From an uncultured Actinomycetes bacterium (GTDB lineage: Bacteria > Actinomycetota > Actinomycetes > Streptosporangiales > Streptosporangiaceae): a stretch of DNA of 64,000 bases. Each line of letters opens with the position of its first letter. Position 1 is the stretch's first letter. This document shows positions 48,054 to 56,828 of this stretch, piece after piece. The DNA lies in the NCBI GenBank assembly GCA_963734725.1, contig CAVTIX010000027.1, positions 14,967-78,966 on the forward strand. Direction: 5' to 3'. The notes beneath the pieces were generated by a model. The model saw nothing but the letters and a program-made list of their open reading frames with translations. It was not told where the DNA came from and searched no databases. The translations under genes and the position numbers were made by a program.

Positions 48054-49190
48054 TCAGCGCGCCAGCTCGGCGTATAGGTCCGCCGTCTGCGCGGCGACCG
48101 CCTGCCAGCCGAACTCGGCAACCGCCCGCTCCCGGCCCGCCCGGCCGAATGCATCCGCGCGGGCCGGATCGCCCAGCAGCGCGCTGAGGGCAGCGGCGAG
48201 CGCTTCCGGGTCGTCCGGCGGGACCAGCAGCCCGGTCTCGCCGTCGCTCACCACCTCGGGAATCCCGCCGACCGCGGAGGCCACCACCGCGGTGCCGCAG
48301 GCCATCGCCTCCAGGTTCACGATGCCGAGTGGCTCGTACAGCGACGGGCAGGCGAACACCGTCGCGTGCGACAGCAACTGGATCACCGCGCGCTTGGGCA
48401 GCATCTCCGGTATCCAGATCACTCCGGACCGCGCCGCGCGCAGGTCCGCGACCAGGCCCTCGACCTCGGTGGCCAGTTCCGGCGTGTCCGGCTGCCCGGC
48501 GCACAGCACGAGCTGGGCCGCCGGGTCCAGGGCGGCCGCGGCGCGCAGCAGCACCGGGACGCCCTTTTGCCTGGTGATCCTGCCCACGAAGATCACCGAT
48601 GGGCGAGCCGGGTCGACCCCGTGCTGATCCAGCACGTCGGTCGCCGGGTCCGGGGCGTATTCCGCGGTGTCGATCCCGTTGCGGATGACGCGCACCCGGC
48701 CGGGCGGGACCGCCGGGTAGGCGGCCAGCACGTCGGCGCGCATGCCCTCCGATACCGCGATCACGCAAGCGGCGGCTTCCACGGCAACCCGCTCGCACCA
48801 GGACGACAGGGCATAACCGCCGCCGAGCTGCTCGGCCTTCCACGGCCGCAACGGCTCCAGCGAATGGACCGTGACCAGGTGCGGCACCCCATACAGCAGC
48901 GACGCCAGGTGGCCCGCCAGGTTCGCATACCAGGTGTGCGAATGCACTACGTCGGCGGACCCGGCCGCCGCGGTCATCGACAGGTCGGCCGACATCACCC
49001 CGAGCGCCGGGTTCGCCCCGGCCAGGTGGTCCCAGGGCCGGTGCGCCACTGCCCCCGGGCGGTCGGCGCCCTGGCAGTGCACGGTCAGGTCCACCAGCCC
49101 GGCCAGCTCGCGGGCGAGGTAGGCCACGTGCACCCCGGCCCCGCCGTAGACCTCGGGCGGGTATTCCCGGGTGAGCAACGCGACTCTCAC
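48054..49190 (-). CDS. glgA: Glycogen synthase (actinobacterial GT4-type)
   Basis: GGGAGG lies 4 nt upstream of the GTG at 49190. VRVALLTREYPPEVYGGAGVHV… and the C-terminal EPLGIVNLEAMACGTAVVASAVGGIPEVV are present. It lies directly downstream of glgC. Confidence 0.85.
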   Translation of the reverse strand: MRVALLTREYPPEVYGGAGVHVAYLARELAGLVDLTVHCQGADRPGAVAHRPWDHLAGANPALGVMSADLSMTAAAGSADVVHSHTWYANLAGHLASLLYGVPHLVTVHSLEPLRPWKAEQLGGGYALSSWCERVAVEAAACVIAVSEGMRADVLAAYPAVPPGRVRVIRNGIDTAEYAPDPATDVLDQHGVDPARPSVIFVGRITRQKGVPVLLRAAAALDPAAQLVLCAGQPDTPELATEVEGLVADLRAARSGVIWIPEMLPKRAVIQLLSHATVFACPSLYEPLGIVNLEAMACGTAVVASAVGGIPEVVSDGETGLLVPPDDPEALAAALSALLGDPARADAFGRAGRERAVAEFGWQAVAAQTADLYAELAR

Positions 49191-49350
49191 ATTGCCTCCC
49201 TCGCGGGCGCTCCGCTGGCTTCGGGAGGCGTGTCCTCGCCGCCGGGACACCGCAACGGCCCCTGACGGGCCTTATGCGGCGTTCGGCCCGGCGGCTGCGG
49301 CGTGTCGGCGAGCGTCACGCTGACACCCGCCGAGTCCTGCGCAGCCGCAG

Positions 49351-50592
49351 TCATTTAGGGACCTCCTGGCCCTTGCCGACGACGGTGATCCCCCCGGCGG
49401 AGACCACGAATCCGCGGGCCTTGTCGTGCTCCTTGTCCACGCCCACCTCGGCGCCCTCGGGGATCTCGACGTTCTTGTCGATGATCGCGTCCCGGACCAC
49501 CGCGTGCCGCCCGATGATCGTGTTGTGCAGGATCACCGCGCGCTCCACCGTGGACCAGCTGTTGACCCGCACGCCGGGCGACAGCACCGACTCGCGCACC
49601 GTGCCTCCGGACACGATGACCCCGTTGCTGACCAGGCTGTCCAGCGCCCGGCCGACCCGGTCGCCCGAGTCGTGCACGAACTTCGCCGGCGGCTGCGACG
49701 GCACGAGGGTCAGGATCGGCCAGCGCTCGTTGTACAGGTTGAACACCGGGTGCACGTGGCACAGGTCCATGTGCGCGTCGAAGTAGGAGTCCAGGGTCCC
49801 GACGTCGCGCCAGTAGCCCCGGTCCCGCTCGGTCGCCCCCGGCACCTCGTTGGTGGCGAAGTCATACACCTGGGCCAGGCCATTGGCGACCATCATCGGG
49901 ATGATGTCCGCGCCCATGTCGTGCTTGCTTGCCGGGTTGGCCGCGTCCTTGCGCAGCGCGTCGACCAGGACGTCGGCATCGAACAGATAGTTGCCCATGG
50001 ACGCGTAGGCCTCGTCGGGGCTGTCTGGCAGGCCGGGCGGATCGGCGGGCTTCTCCAGGAACTCCTCGATCCGGTGGCCGTCCTTGGCGGCCCGGATCAC
50101 GCCGAACTCGGTGGCGTCCAGGCGGGGCACCCGGATCGCCGCTACGGTGCACCCCGCGCCGGCCTCGACGTGCTGGTCGATCATCTGGCGTGGATCCATC
50201 CGGTACACGTGATCCGCGCCGAACACCACCACCAGGTCGGGCCGCTCGTCGAAGATCAGGTTCAGCGACTGGTAGATCGCGTCCGCCGACCCGGTGTACC
50301 ACTGCGGGCCGAGCCGCTGCTGCGCGGGCACCGGGGTGACGTAGTTGCCGAGCAGGGAGCTCATCCGCCAGGTGGTGGTGATGTGCCGGTCCAGGCTGTG
50401 GCTCTTGTACTGGGTCAGCACGCAGATTCGCAGGCACCCGGCGTTGACCAGGTTGGACAACGCGAAATCCACCAGCCGGTACAGGCCGCCGAACGGCACC
50501 GCCGGCTTGGCCCGGTCCGCGGTCAGCGGCGACAGCCGCCGTCCCGCGCCACCCGCCAGGACGATCCCCAACACCCGCCGGTCTGCCATCAA
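49351..50592 (-). CDS. glgC: Glucose-1-phosphate adenylyltransferase
   Basis: [41 protein letters not shown]… plus a C-terminal left-handed beta-helix part; 413 aa, intact. Confidence 0.9.
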   Translation of the reverse strand: MMADRRVLGIVLAGGAGRRLSPLTADRAKPAVPFGGLYRLVDFALSNLVNAGCLRICVLTQYKSHSLDRHITTTWRMSSLLGNYVTPVPAQQRLGPQWYTGSADAIYQSLNLIFDERPDLVVVFGADHVYRMDPRQMIDQHVEAGAGCTVAAIRVPRLDATEFGVIRAAKDGHRIEEFLEKPADPPGLPDSPDEAYASMGNYLFDADVLVDALRKDAANPASKHDMGADIIPMMVANGLAQVYDFATNEVPGATERDRGYWRDVGTLDSYFDAHMDLCHVHPVFNLYNERWPILTLVPSQPPAKFVHDSGDRVGRALDSLVSNGVIVSGGTVRESVLSPGVRVNSWSTVERAVILHNTIIGRHAVVRDAIIDKNVEIPEGAEVGVDKEHDKARGFVVSAGGITVVGKGQEVPK

Positions 50593-50975
50593 GCACCTCG
50601 CCCCAGGTCGCGCTCACGTGACCGTCGCCGCACCTCATTGTTTTGCAATACGCATTGACCAGGGTCAGCTATGACATTCCATACCCTGGTCCCGCCTCAA
50701 TGCACCACCCGGATGAAATACGCTTCCGGGTATCCATAATACGCCTACGGGGTATCGCCGGGCCGCCCGGATTCACCGTCGATACCGCTCTGGCCAGGCT
50801 GAATCCGCGGTATCAGGGCCGCTGCCTGCGCGCTCTTGTGCCGCAGCAACACGCCATCCACGCTGGCGAATCATAGGCACCGTCCCAATTGATTGCGCAT
50901 CGTAATACCCCCGGCGCGTTCGGCGATCCAAGGAGCCCGCACTGAGACTGCGAATTAGCGGCCAACAGGGGGTGA

Positions 50976-51086
50976 ATGGCACGGGGCCGCCGGGCGCGGA
51001 ACCCCCGGTGGATCGCCGCGTTCGGCGCGCTGACCGGCCTGTCCGCGCTAGCCGCCCTGTTCCTCGGCATCCTGCTGGCCGGCTAG
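50976..51086 (+). CDS. Candidate 36-aa membrane peptide (not in the ORF track)
   Basis: ATG at 50976 with a GGGGG run 4 nt upstream. MARGRRARNPRWIAAFGALTGLSALAALFLGILLAG* has an Arg-rich N-terminus and one TM helix. By hand count 34 of 36 codons end in G or C, unlike the surrounding non-coding DNA. Confidence 0.4.
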   Translation: MARGRRARNPRWIAAFGALTGLSALAALFLGILLAG

Positions 51087-51157
51087 CTCATGACACGTGC
51101 CATCAGCATGATCACCACCTCATTTCTGGCCTCCGGCGGCATGCCGGGAGCGGCCGG

Positions 51158-51715
51158 TCAGCCTGCTAGTGACCCAGTTGGGAACTGGGCGTCAAGAACC
51201 GTGGTGACGCGCCCGGTGTCGATGTCGTATACGTGGCCCGAGACGCTCACCTTCGGGGAGAGATTGGGCGCGGTGAGCAGGCGCTCGACGTCGGCCTTGA
51301 CCGTGGCATGCGGATCGGCGACGGCGGAGGCTTCCAGCGCGGACTCGGGCAGGCCGGTCGCTGCGGCGGCTCGCTGCCGGAAGCCAGGGTCGGCGAGAAA
51401 CCCGGTTCCGCATTGCGTGTGGTGCACGACCGCGACTTCGAAGAGCCTGTCATCGGTGAGCTGGCCGGCGAACAATTGCTCGGCAAGGAAGGCGAGATAG
51501 ACAATGTCGTCGATGACGGCCCGGGTGACGCGTCCGCCCGCGTTGCGGATGACCGGCGCCTCGCCGAGCTGGAGCCCGAGGACGATCGCCGGATCGACCC
51601 GGTGGTCGAGGCAGGTGACGACGATCACCTGTGCCGTGGGCGGGCCGAGTGGCACGGGCACATAGGTACGGGCGAACTGCTCGTTGCGGTCGAGCAGGGG
51701 GGTCATCCTCGTCAT
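51158..51715 (-). CDS. Beta-class carbonic anhydrase
   Basis: AAGGAAA lies upstream of the ATG at 51715. MTRMTPLLDRNEQFARTY…VVTCLDHRVDP…VIRNAGGRV…VHHTQCG carries the Cys/His/Cys zinc-ligand contexts. Confidence 0.85.
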   Translation of the reverse strand: MTRMTPLLDRNEQFARTYVPVPLGPPTAQVIVVTCLDHRVDPAIVLGLQLGEAPVIRNAGGRVTRAVIDDIVYLAFLAEQLFAGQLTDDRLFEVAVVHHTQCGTGFLADPGFRQRAAAATGLPESALEASAVADPHATVKADVERLLTAPNLSPKVSVSGHVYDIDTGRVTTVLDAQFPTGSLAG

Positions 51716-51747
51716 GGCGATTTCCTTTCGGGATAAGCGTTTCCCAT

Positions 51748-51813
51748 AGTGGACGCTGTCCACTGATTAGTGGACGCTGTCCACCATACTTGAGCCAGTG
51801 GACGCTGTCCACT
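51748..51813. promoter_or_regulatory. Three copies of the palindrome (A)GTGGAC-GCT-GTCCAC(T), candidate TetR operators
   Basis: The copies lie at 51748-51764, 51769-51784 and 51797-51813 with an identical 15-nt core. They fill the 109-bp divergent region between the carbonic anhydrase start (51715) and the TetR GTG (51825). Confidence 0.7.
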
Positions 51814-51824
51814 AATCTGTCGCC

Positions 51825-52505
51825 GTGACGACCAGCCGATCAGCAGATGAGATAACCGAGGCGAGGCGGCGGCCGCGAGGCGCCGTCCGCGACGGCCTGG
51901 TCGCCGCCGGGCTCGACCTGGCCCGGACCGGCGGCCCGGACGCCGTCGTGCTACGCGAGGCGACCCGGATGGTGGGCGTGGTGCCTAACGCCGCCTACCG
52001 GCACTTCGCCGACCGGGACGAGCTCCTCGCCGCGGTCTGCACGGCGGCCATGGGCGTGCTCGCCGCCCGCATGGCCGCTGGCGTCGCCCGCGTGCGCGGC
52101 AAGCACGGCGACGCCGCGGCCGCCCGCCGCCGGCTGCGCGCGATCGGCACGGCCTACCTGGAATTCGCTCGCGAGGAACCTGGGTTGTTCGCAACCGCGT
52201 TCGCGCTACCGCAGCGGCACGCCTACGACGCTCCAGGCGAAGGGACCGGGCAGGACCGCATGCCCCTGGATCAGCTGCGCGCCGTCCTCGACGAGCTGGT
52301 CGATGCTGGCGTGCTCCACGCCCAGCGCCGCGACGGCATCGAGTACCCCATCTGGTCCATGGTGCACGGGCTGGCCGTGCTCACCGGGCAAGGGCCCCTG
52401 CGCGACGTCCCCGACGCCACCCGCCATCACCTCGAGAAACTCATGCGCGCCTTCATCGAGGGAGGGCTTGCCTGCGCTGGCGGTCAGGCGCCGGGGCGGG
52501 CGTAG
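51825..52505 (+). CDS. TetR-family transcriptional regulator
   Basis: The N-terminal HTH is LVAAGLDLARTGGPDAVVLREATRMVGVVPNAAYRHFADRDELLAAV. 226 aa. Confidence 0.85.
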   Translation: MTTSRSADEITEARRRPRGAVRDGLVAAGLDLARTGGPDAVVLREATRMVGVVPNAAYRHFADRDELLAAVCTAAMGVLAARMAAGVARVRGKHGDAAAARRRLRAIGTAYLEFAREEPGLFATAFALPQRHAYDAPGEGTGQDRMPLDQLRAVLDELVDAGVLHAQRRDGIEYPIWSMVHGLAVLTGQGPLRDVPDATRHHLEKLMRAFIEGGLACAGGQAPGRA

Positions 52506-54157
52506 ACCACGGCGCCGTCCACCAGGGTCAGGTCCACCTCGGCCAGCGCGATCTCGGCTGCGGGCTGGGTGAACAGGTTGCGGTCGAGCACCACGAGATC
52601 GGCCCGTTTGCCTGGCTCTACCGAGCCCGCGTCCCGCTCATCGTGGTTGACGTAGGCCGAGCCCATGGTGAACGCGGCGATCGCGGCGGGCAGGCCGATC
52701 CGCTCGTCGGGCAGGAACGGCTCGTCGGTCTCCGGGCCGCGGAACGGGTACTCAGGCGAGGTGGTCCGGTTCACCGCGGTGTGCATCTGCCACATCGGGT
52801 TCGGGCTGGAGACCGGCCAGTCGCTGCCGAAGCACAATTGCGCGCCGGAGGCGGCCAGGCTGCCGAACGGGTACTGCCACGCGGACCGCTCCGGGCCGAG
52901 GAACGGCAGGGTCAGCTCTGTCATCTGCGGCTCGTTGCTGGCCCACAGCGGCTGGCAGTTCGCCAACACCCCGAGGTCCCGGAACCTGGGCACGTCGTCG
53001 GGGTGGATGACCTGCAGGTGCGCAATGTGATGCCGGCCTGCTGTGGGCCCGTTGGCCGCGCGGGCGGCGGCGACCGCGTCCAGCGCCTCCCGGACCGCGC
53101 GGTCCCCGATGGCGTGGATGTGCACCTGGAAACCCTGGGCGTCGATGGCCGTGACCGCCTCCTTCAGCTCCTCCGGGTCGAAGAAGCTGGTGCCCCGGCC
53201 CTCCGTCTCGTGCCCGTGCCCATCGAGGTAGGGGGTCAGCATCGCGGCGGTGAAGTTCTCGCAGACGCCGTCCTGCATGATTTTCACGCTGGAGGCGCGG
53301 AACCGGGACCCGCTAGCGATGGCGCGTCGTTCGGCAAGAGAATCGAGCTGGGACAGCCCAGCCCCGCGCCGCCACCAGAGGGCGCCGGTGACCCGGGCGG
53401 TCAGCAGGCCCCGGCCCTCGACCTCGCGGAAGGCGTCGAAGCTGTCGGGAACCACCGCGTATTCGCCGACGATCGCCTCCTGCCAGGCGGTGATGCCGAG
53501 CGAGTGCAGGTACCGCTGGCCCTCCAGGACGCCGGTCACCCGCTCGGCCAGCGTGACCACGGGCAGCATCCGCTGCACCAGGTTCATCGCGCCCTCGTGC
53601 AGCGAGCCCTGCGGCGCCCCGGTCGCGGTGCGCTCGATCCGGCCGTCCGGCGGGTCCGGGGTGGCGGCGTCGATGCCGGCCAGCGCCAGCGCCCGGGAGT
53701 TCACCCACGCGCCGTGGTGGTCCCGGTTGGACAGGAACACCGGCCGGTCGGGCACCACCTCGTCGAGGTCCTTCTTGCTGGGCACGCCGCGGGGGAACAC
53801 GTCCATCCCCCATCCGCCGCCGGTGATCCATTCGGCGCCGGGATTGCGGTCGGCGTAGGAACGGATCGCCGCCAGGTAGCCCTCCCGGGTGTGCTCGCTG
53901 GTCAGGTCGCACTGGCCGCGCTCGAGGCCGCCGCCGGAGGCGTGCACGTGCGCGTCCTGGAAGCCGGGCAGGACCATCCGCCCGCGCAGGTTCACCACCT
54001 CGGTGCGCGGGCCCACGTGCGGCCGCATCTCGGCGTCGGCGCCCACCGCCGCGATCCGGCCGCCGGAGACGGCCACGGCCTGTGCCCAGGTCCGCGCGGC
54101 GTCCACCGTGTAGACGGCGCCCCCGGTGAGCACCAAGTCGGCCGGGCGCTCAGCCAT
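52484..54157 (-). CDS. Amidohydrolase-3 (YtcJ-like) metal-dependent hydrolase
   Basis: MAERPADLVLTGGAVYTVD…LPGFQDAHVHASGGG…HIHAIGD…HIAHLQ…FGSDWPVSSPNP. Its start lies 3 nt after the MttB-family gene's stop. Confidence 0.85.
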   Translation of the reverse strand: MAERPADLVLTGGAVYTVDAARTWAQAVAVSGGRIAAVGADAEMRPHVGPRTEVVNLRGRMVLPGFQDAHVHASGGGLERGQCDLTSEHTREGYLAAIRSYADRNPGAEWITGGGWGMDVFPRGVPSKKDLDEVVPDRPVFLSNRDHHGAWVNSRALALAGIDAATPDPPDGRIERTATGAPQGSLHEGAMNLVQRMLPVVTLAERVTGVLEGQRYLHSLGITAWQEAIVGEYAVVPDSFDAFREVEGRGLLTARVTGALWWRRGAGLSQLDSLAERRAIASGSRFRASSVKIMQDGVCENFTAAMLTPYLDGHGHETEGRGTSFFDPEELKEAVTAIDAQGFQVHIHAIGDRAVREALDAVAAARAANGPTAGRHHIAHLQVIHPDDVPRFRDLGVLANCQPLWASNEPQMTELTLPFLGPERSAWQYPFGSLAASGAQLCFGSDWPVSSPNPMWQMHTAVNRTTSPEYPFRGPETDEPFLPDERIGLPAAIAAFTMGSAYVNHDERDAGSVEPGKRADLVVLDRNLFTQPAAEIALAEVDLTLVDGAVVYARPGA

Positions 54158-54160
54158 CGC

Positions 54161-55612
54161 CTAGTCGCCGAGCTCGGCGCGGCGGCGGGTGACGTAGTCG
54201 GCCAGTTCCTCGCGGATGGCGTCGTCCAGCGGCGGCGGCTCGTACTCTGCCAGGGTCTTCTTGGAGATCTCGCCGGCCCGCACCGTCGCGTCCTTGCCGC
54301 CCTGCTTGAGCCACCGCTCGTAGTTGGCGGTGGAGGACAGCAGCGGCCGGTAGAAGCAGGTGCGGAACCGCTCCATCGTGTGCGCGGCGCCCAGGAAGTG
54401 GCCGCCGTGGCCCACCTCCTCGTGCGCGCCGAACGCCAGCGACGCCTCGTCAATCTCCAAGGGGGTGAACTCGACTCGCAGCATCCGCAGCAGCTCGATG
54501 TCCACGATGAACTTCTCGTAGCAGCTCACCAGGCCGCCTTCCAGCCAGCCCGCGGCGTGCATCACCCAGTTGGCGCCCGCGAGGAAGGTGGGCAGCAGCG
54601 TCATCAGCGACTCATACGCCGCCTGCGCGTCGCAGGTCTGGCTGGAGTTGAGCCCGCCGCCGGTGCGGAACGGCAGCCCGTAGTGCCGGGCGAGCTGCCC
54701 GGTGCACAACAGGCCGATCGCCGACTCGGGCGTGCCGAAGCTGGGCGACCCGGACTGCATGTCGATGTTGGAGAGAAACGAGCCGAAGATCACCGGGCAG
54801 CCGGGCCGGATGAGCTGCGCCAGCGCAATGCCAGTGAGCGCCTCGGCAAGCTGCTGCGCCAGCGCGGACGGGATCGCCACCGGCGACATCGCTCCCATGA
54901 GCAGGAACGGGGTGAGGACCACCGGCTGGTTCGCCGCGCAGTACTCGAACTGCGCGTCCAGCATCCGGTCGTCCCAGCGCAGCGGCGAGTTGCAGTTGAT
55001 CAGCGAGATGGTAGCCGGGGTCTGCTCGATCGCGGACCGGCCCTTCTCCGGGCCGCCGAACAGGATCGAGGTCATCGCGATGGTGTCGGCCGCGTTCGGC
55101 CCGGACACCACGTTGCCCATGTAGATCTTGTCGGTCAGCGTCTGCAGGGCGTAGATCATGTCGAGGTGCCGGGAGTCCAGCGGCGCGTCGTTGGGCTCGC
55201 AGATCACCCCGCCCGCCGAGTCCAGTTCGGGGAACGACTGCGCCAGCATGGCCAGGCGGTGGAAGTCGTCCAGGGTGGCGTCCCGGCGGACCTCTCCCTC
55301 GCGGATGAACGGCGAGCCGTACACCGCGCCGAACACCATGTCGTCGCCGCCGATGTGCACGCTGTTGGCCGGGTTGCGCGCCTGAACGTTGAACTCGCGC
55401 GGGGCCTTGGCTGCCTGATCCAGCACGAACTCCGGGTCGAACTTGACCACGTCGCCGTCCACCTGCTGGCCGGCTTTGCGGAACAGTTCGACCGCCTCCG
55501 GTTTGGCGAACTGCACCCCGATCTCGCTCACAATGCGGCGCCAGCCGCGGTCGAGCACCGCGACCGCGTCGGCGGAGAGGATCTCGTATCGCGGCATCGT
55601 GTTGCGGAACAT
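54161..55612 (-). CDS. MttB-superfamily methyltransferase (trimethylamine methyltransferase family, non-pyrrolysine type)
   Basis: MFRNTMPRYEILSADAVAVLDRGWRRIVSEIGVQFAKPEAVELFRKAGQQVDGDVVKFDPEFV… is collinear with MttB/MtgB-type proteins. The ORF is uninterrupted, with no in-frame TAG. The start is the ATG at 55612 or 55597. Confidence 0.85.
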   Translation of the reverse strand: MFRNTMPRYEILSADAVAVLDRGWRRIVSEIGVQFAKPEAVELFRKAGQQVDGDVVKFDPEFVLDQAAKAPREFNVQARNPANSVHIGGDDMVFGAVYGSPFIREGEVRRDATLDDFHRLAMLAQSFPELDSAGGVICEPNDAPLDSRHLDMIYALQTLTDKIYMGNVVSGPNAADTIAMTSILFGGPEKGRSAIEQTPATISLINCNSPLRWDDRMLDAQFEYCAANQPVVLTPFLLMGAMSPVAIPSALAQQLAEALTGIALAQLIRPGCPVIFGSFLSNIDMQSGSPSFGTPESAIGLLCTGQLARHYGLPFRTGGGLNSSQTCDAQAAYESLMTLLPTFLAGANWVMHAAGWLEGGLVSCYEKFIVDIELLRMLRVEFTPLEIDEASLAFGAHEEVGHGGHFLGAAHTMERFRTCFYRPLLSSTANYERWLKQGGKDATVRAGEISKKTLAEYEPPPLDDAIREELADYVTRRRAELGD

Positions 55613-55706
55613 CGCCACCTGCCTCTTCCGGCTGACCCCGGGGCGGCTTGGTACCCGGCCGATGCGGCCTTGACCAGCTAAGACCCCGATCGTAGGATCA
55701 CATAGT

Positions 55707-55732
55707 AGAACAGAGTTCCGCAACGTGGAACT
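55707..55732. promoter_or_regulatory. Overlapping GAAC/GTTC palindromes at the iclR start, candidate operator
   Basis: The sequence reads GAAC-aga-GTTCC-gcaacgt-GGAACT. AGTTCC (55714-55719) and GGAACT (55727-55732) form a 6-bp inverted repeat spanning the GTG at 55725, within the mttB/iclR divergent region. Confidence 0.4.
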
Positions 55733-56828
55733 AGGTAGCGGCTATCGCAGGAACCCAACTGGCAGGCGCGTGGTGAGCAGTCGAGGCGGAACCCAGGCGG
55801 TGGACCGGGCGGCACGGCTGCTCACCGAGGTCGTGCACGCGCCCGGGGCGGTCACGTTCACCGAGCTTGCCGCGGCCACCGGCCTGGCCAAGAGCACCAC
55901 CTCGCGGCTGCTGCTGGCGCTGGAGCGCAACGGGCTGGTCCGCCGCGACGACGCGGGCCGGTTCCGGCCCGGGGAGATGTTCGTCCGGTTTGCCTGGCGC
56001 GGCGGCGCCGAGGCGGGGCTGACCGAGGTCGCCCAGCCCTGCCTGAACCAGCTCGGCCGGGACACTGGCGAGACCGTGAACCTGGGCGTCGGCCGGGACG
56101 GCGTGGTCGAGCAGATCGCCCAGGTGGACAGCGTGTATGTGATCGGCGCCACGAACTGGCTGGGCCGCGCGGTCCCGCTGCACTGCACGGCGATCGGCAA
56201 GGTCCTGCTCGCCTACGGCGCGGCGAAGCTGCGGCCCGGCCGGCTGGAGCGGCGCACCGAGCAGACCATCACCAGCCGGGCGGCGCTGGAGGCCGAGCTC
56301 GCCGCGGTACGGCAGCACGGCTACGCGGTCATTGACGGCGAACTCGAACCGGGGCTGGTGGCGGTGGCCGCCCCGGTCTACCGTGACGGCGGCGCCGTGG
56401 TCGCCGCCCTGTCGGTGTCCGGCCCGGGCACCCGGCTGACCCCGCCGCGGATCGCCGGCGTGGCAGCCGCGTGCATGGCGCAGGCCAGCGCGCTGTCCGC
56501 CGTCCTGGGCCACCGGCCGGAGCGCCCGGCGCATGGGAACGGCGCGCCGCGCCTGGCGCGGCCGGCCTCGGCGCGGCGGGCGCCGCAGCCGGGGCAGCGG
56601 CCCCAGGCACCGCCGGCAGCCCAAGCACCGCCGGCAGCCCAAGCACCGCCGGCAGCCCAAGCACCGCCGGCAGCCCAAGCACCGCCGGCAGCCCGGGCCC
56701 GGCCGGCAGCCCGGGCCCAGCCGGCCGCTTCAGCTCAGCCGACAGCGCAAGCCCCGCAAGCAGCCCGGGCCCGGCAAGCAGCGCAAGCCCCGCAAGCAGC
56801 CCAAGCACAGAGAGAAGGTGCCGCGTGA
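55725..56828 (+). CDS. IclR-family transcriptional regulator with a ~110-aa Ala/Pro/Gln low-complexity tail
   Basis: AVDRAARLLTEVVHAPGAVTFTELAAATGLAKSTTSRLLLALERNGLV (wHTH) plus an IclR effector domain up to about 56490. The frame then stays open through (APPAAQ)n to the TGA at 56826-56828. Confidence 0.8.
   Translation: MELGSGYRRNPTGRRVVSSRGGTQAVDRAARLLTEVVHAPGAVTFTELAAATGLAKSTTSRLLLALERNGLVRRDDAGRFRPGEMFVRFAWRGGAEAGLTEVAQPCLNQLGRDTGETVNLGVGRDGVVEQIAQVDSVYVIGATNWLGRAVPLHCTAIGKVLLAYGAAKLRPGRLERRTEQTITSRAALEAELAAVRQHGYAVIDGELEPGLVAVAAPVYRDGGAVVAALSVSGPGTRLTPPRIAGVAAACMAQASALSAVLGHRPERPAHGNGAPRLARPASARRAPQPGQRPQAPPAAQAPPAAQAPPAAQAPPAAQAPPAARARPAARAQPAASAQPTAQAPQAARARQAAQAPQAAQAQREGAA
56607..56696 (+). 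repeat. 18-bp tandem repeat GCACCGCCGGCAGCCCAA, 4 perfect copies plus 1 partial
   Basis: Copies start at 56607, 56625, 56643, 56661 and 56679. Related degenerate units continue to about 56815. The region is open in all three forward frames. Confidence 0.9.

Noticed and set aside
50850-50990. c-di-AMP (ydaO-type) riboswitch upstream of the 36-codon ORF, suggested by ACAGGGGGUGAAUGG and two GCGAAU(C/U)A segments
   Set aside because: From memory of the consensus I could not find its conserved 3' half. The GGGGGUGAAUG segment is equally well explained as ribosome-binding site plus start codon. A covariance-model scan would be needed, so I make no claim.
52643-55681. 1,012-aa plus-strand ORF, together with similar long ORFs such as 21023..22546(+), 22869..24329(+), 38647..40290(+), 59142..60524(-), 17788..18786(-) and 9311..10159(+)
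   Set aside because: They lie antisense to or out of frame with genes that have clear family signatures. Their translations are Arg/Pro/Gly-rich with no recognisable motifs, which is the expected stop-codon-poor shadow ORF of very GC-rich DNA.
54161-55723. Possible pyrrolysine (in-frame UAG) in the MttB-family gene
   Set aside because: The ORF is uninterrupted from 55723 to 54161 and contains no in-frame TAG. No pyl genes are seen in the window, so this is a non-Pyl member.
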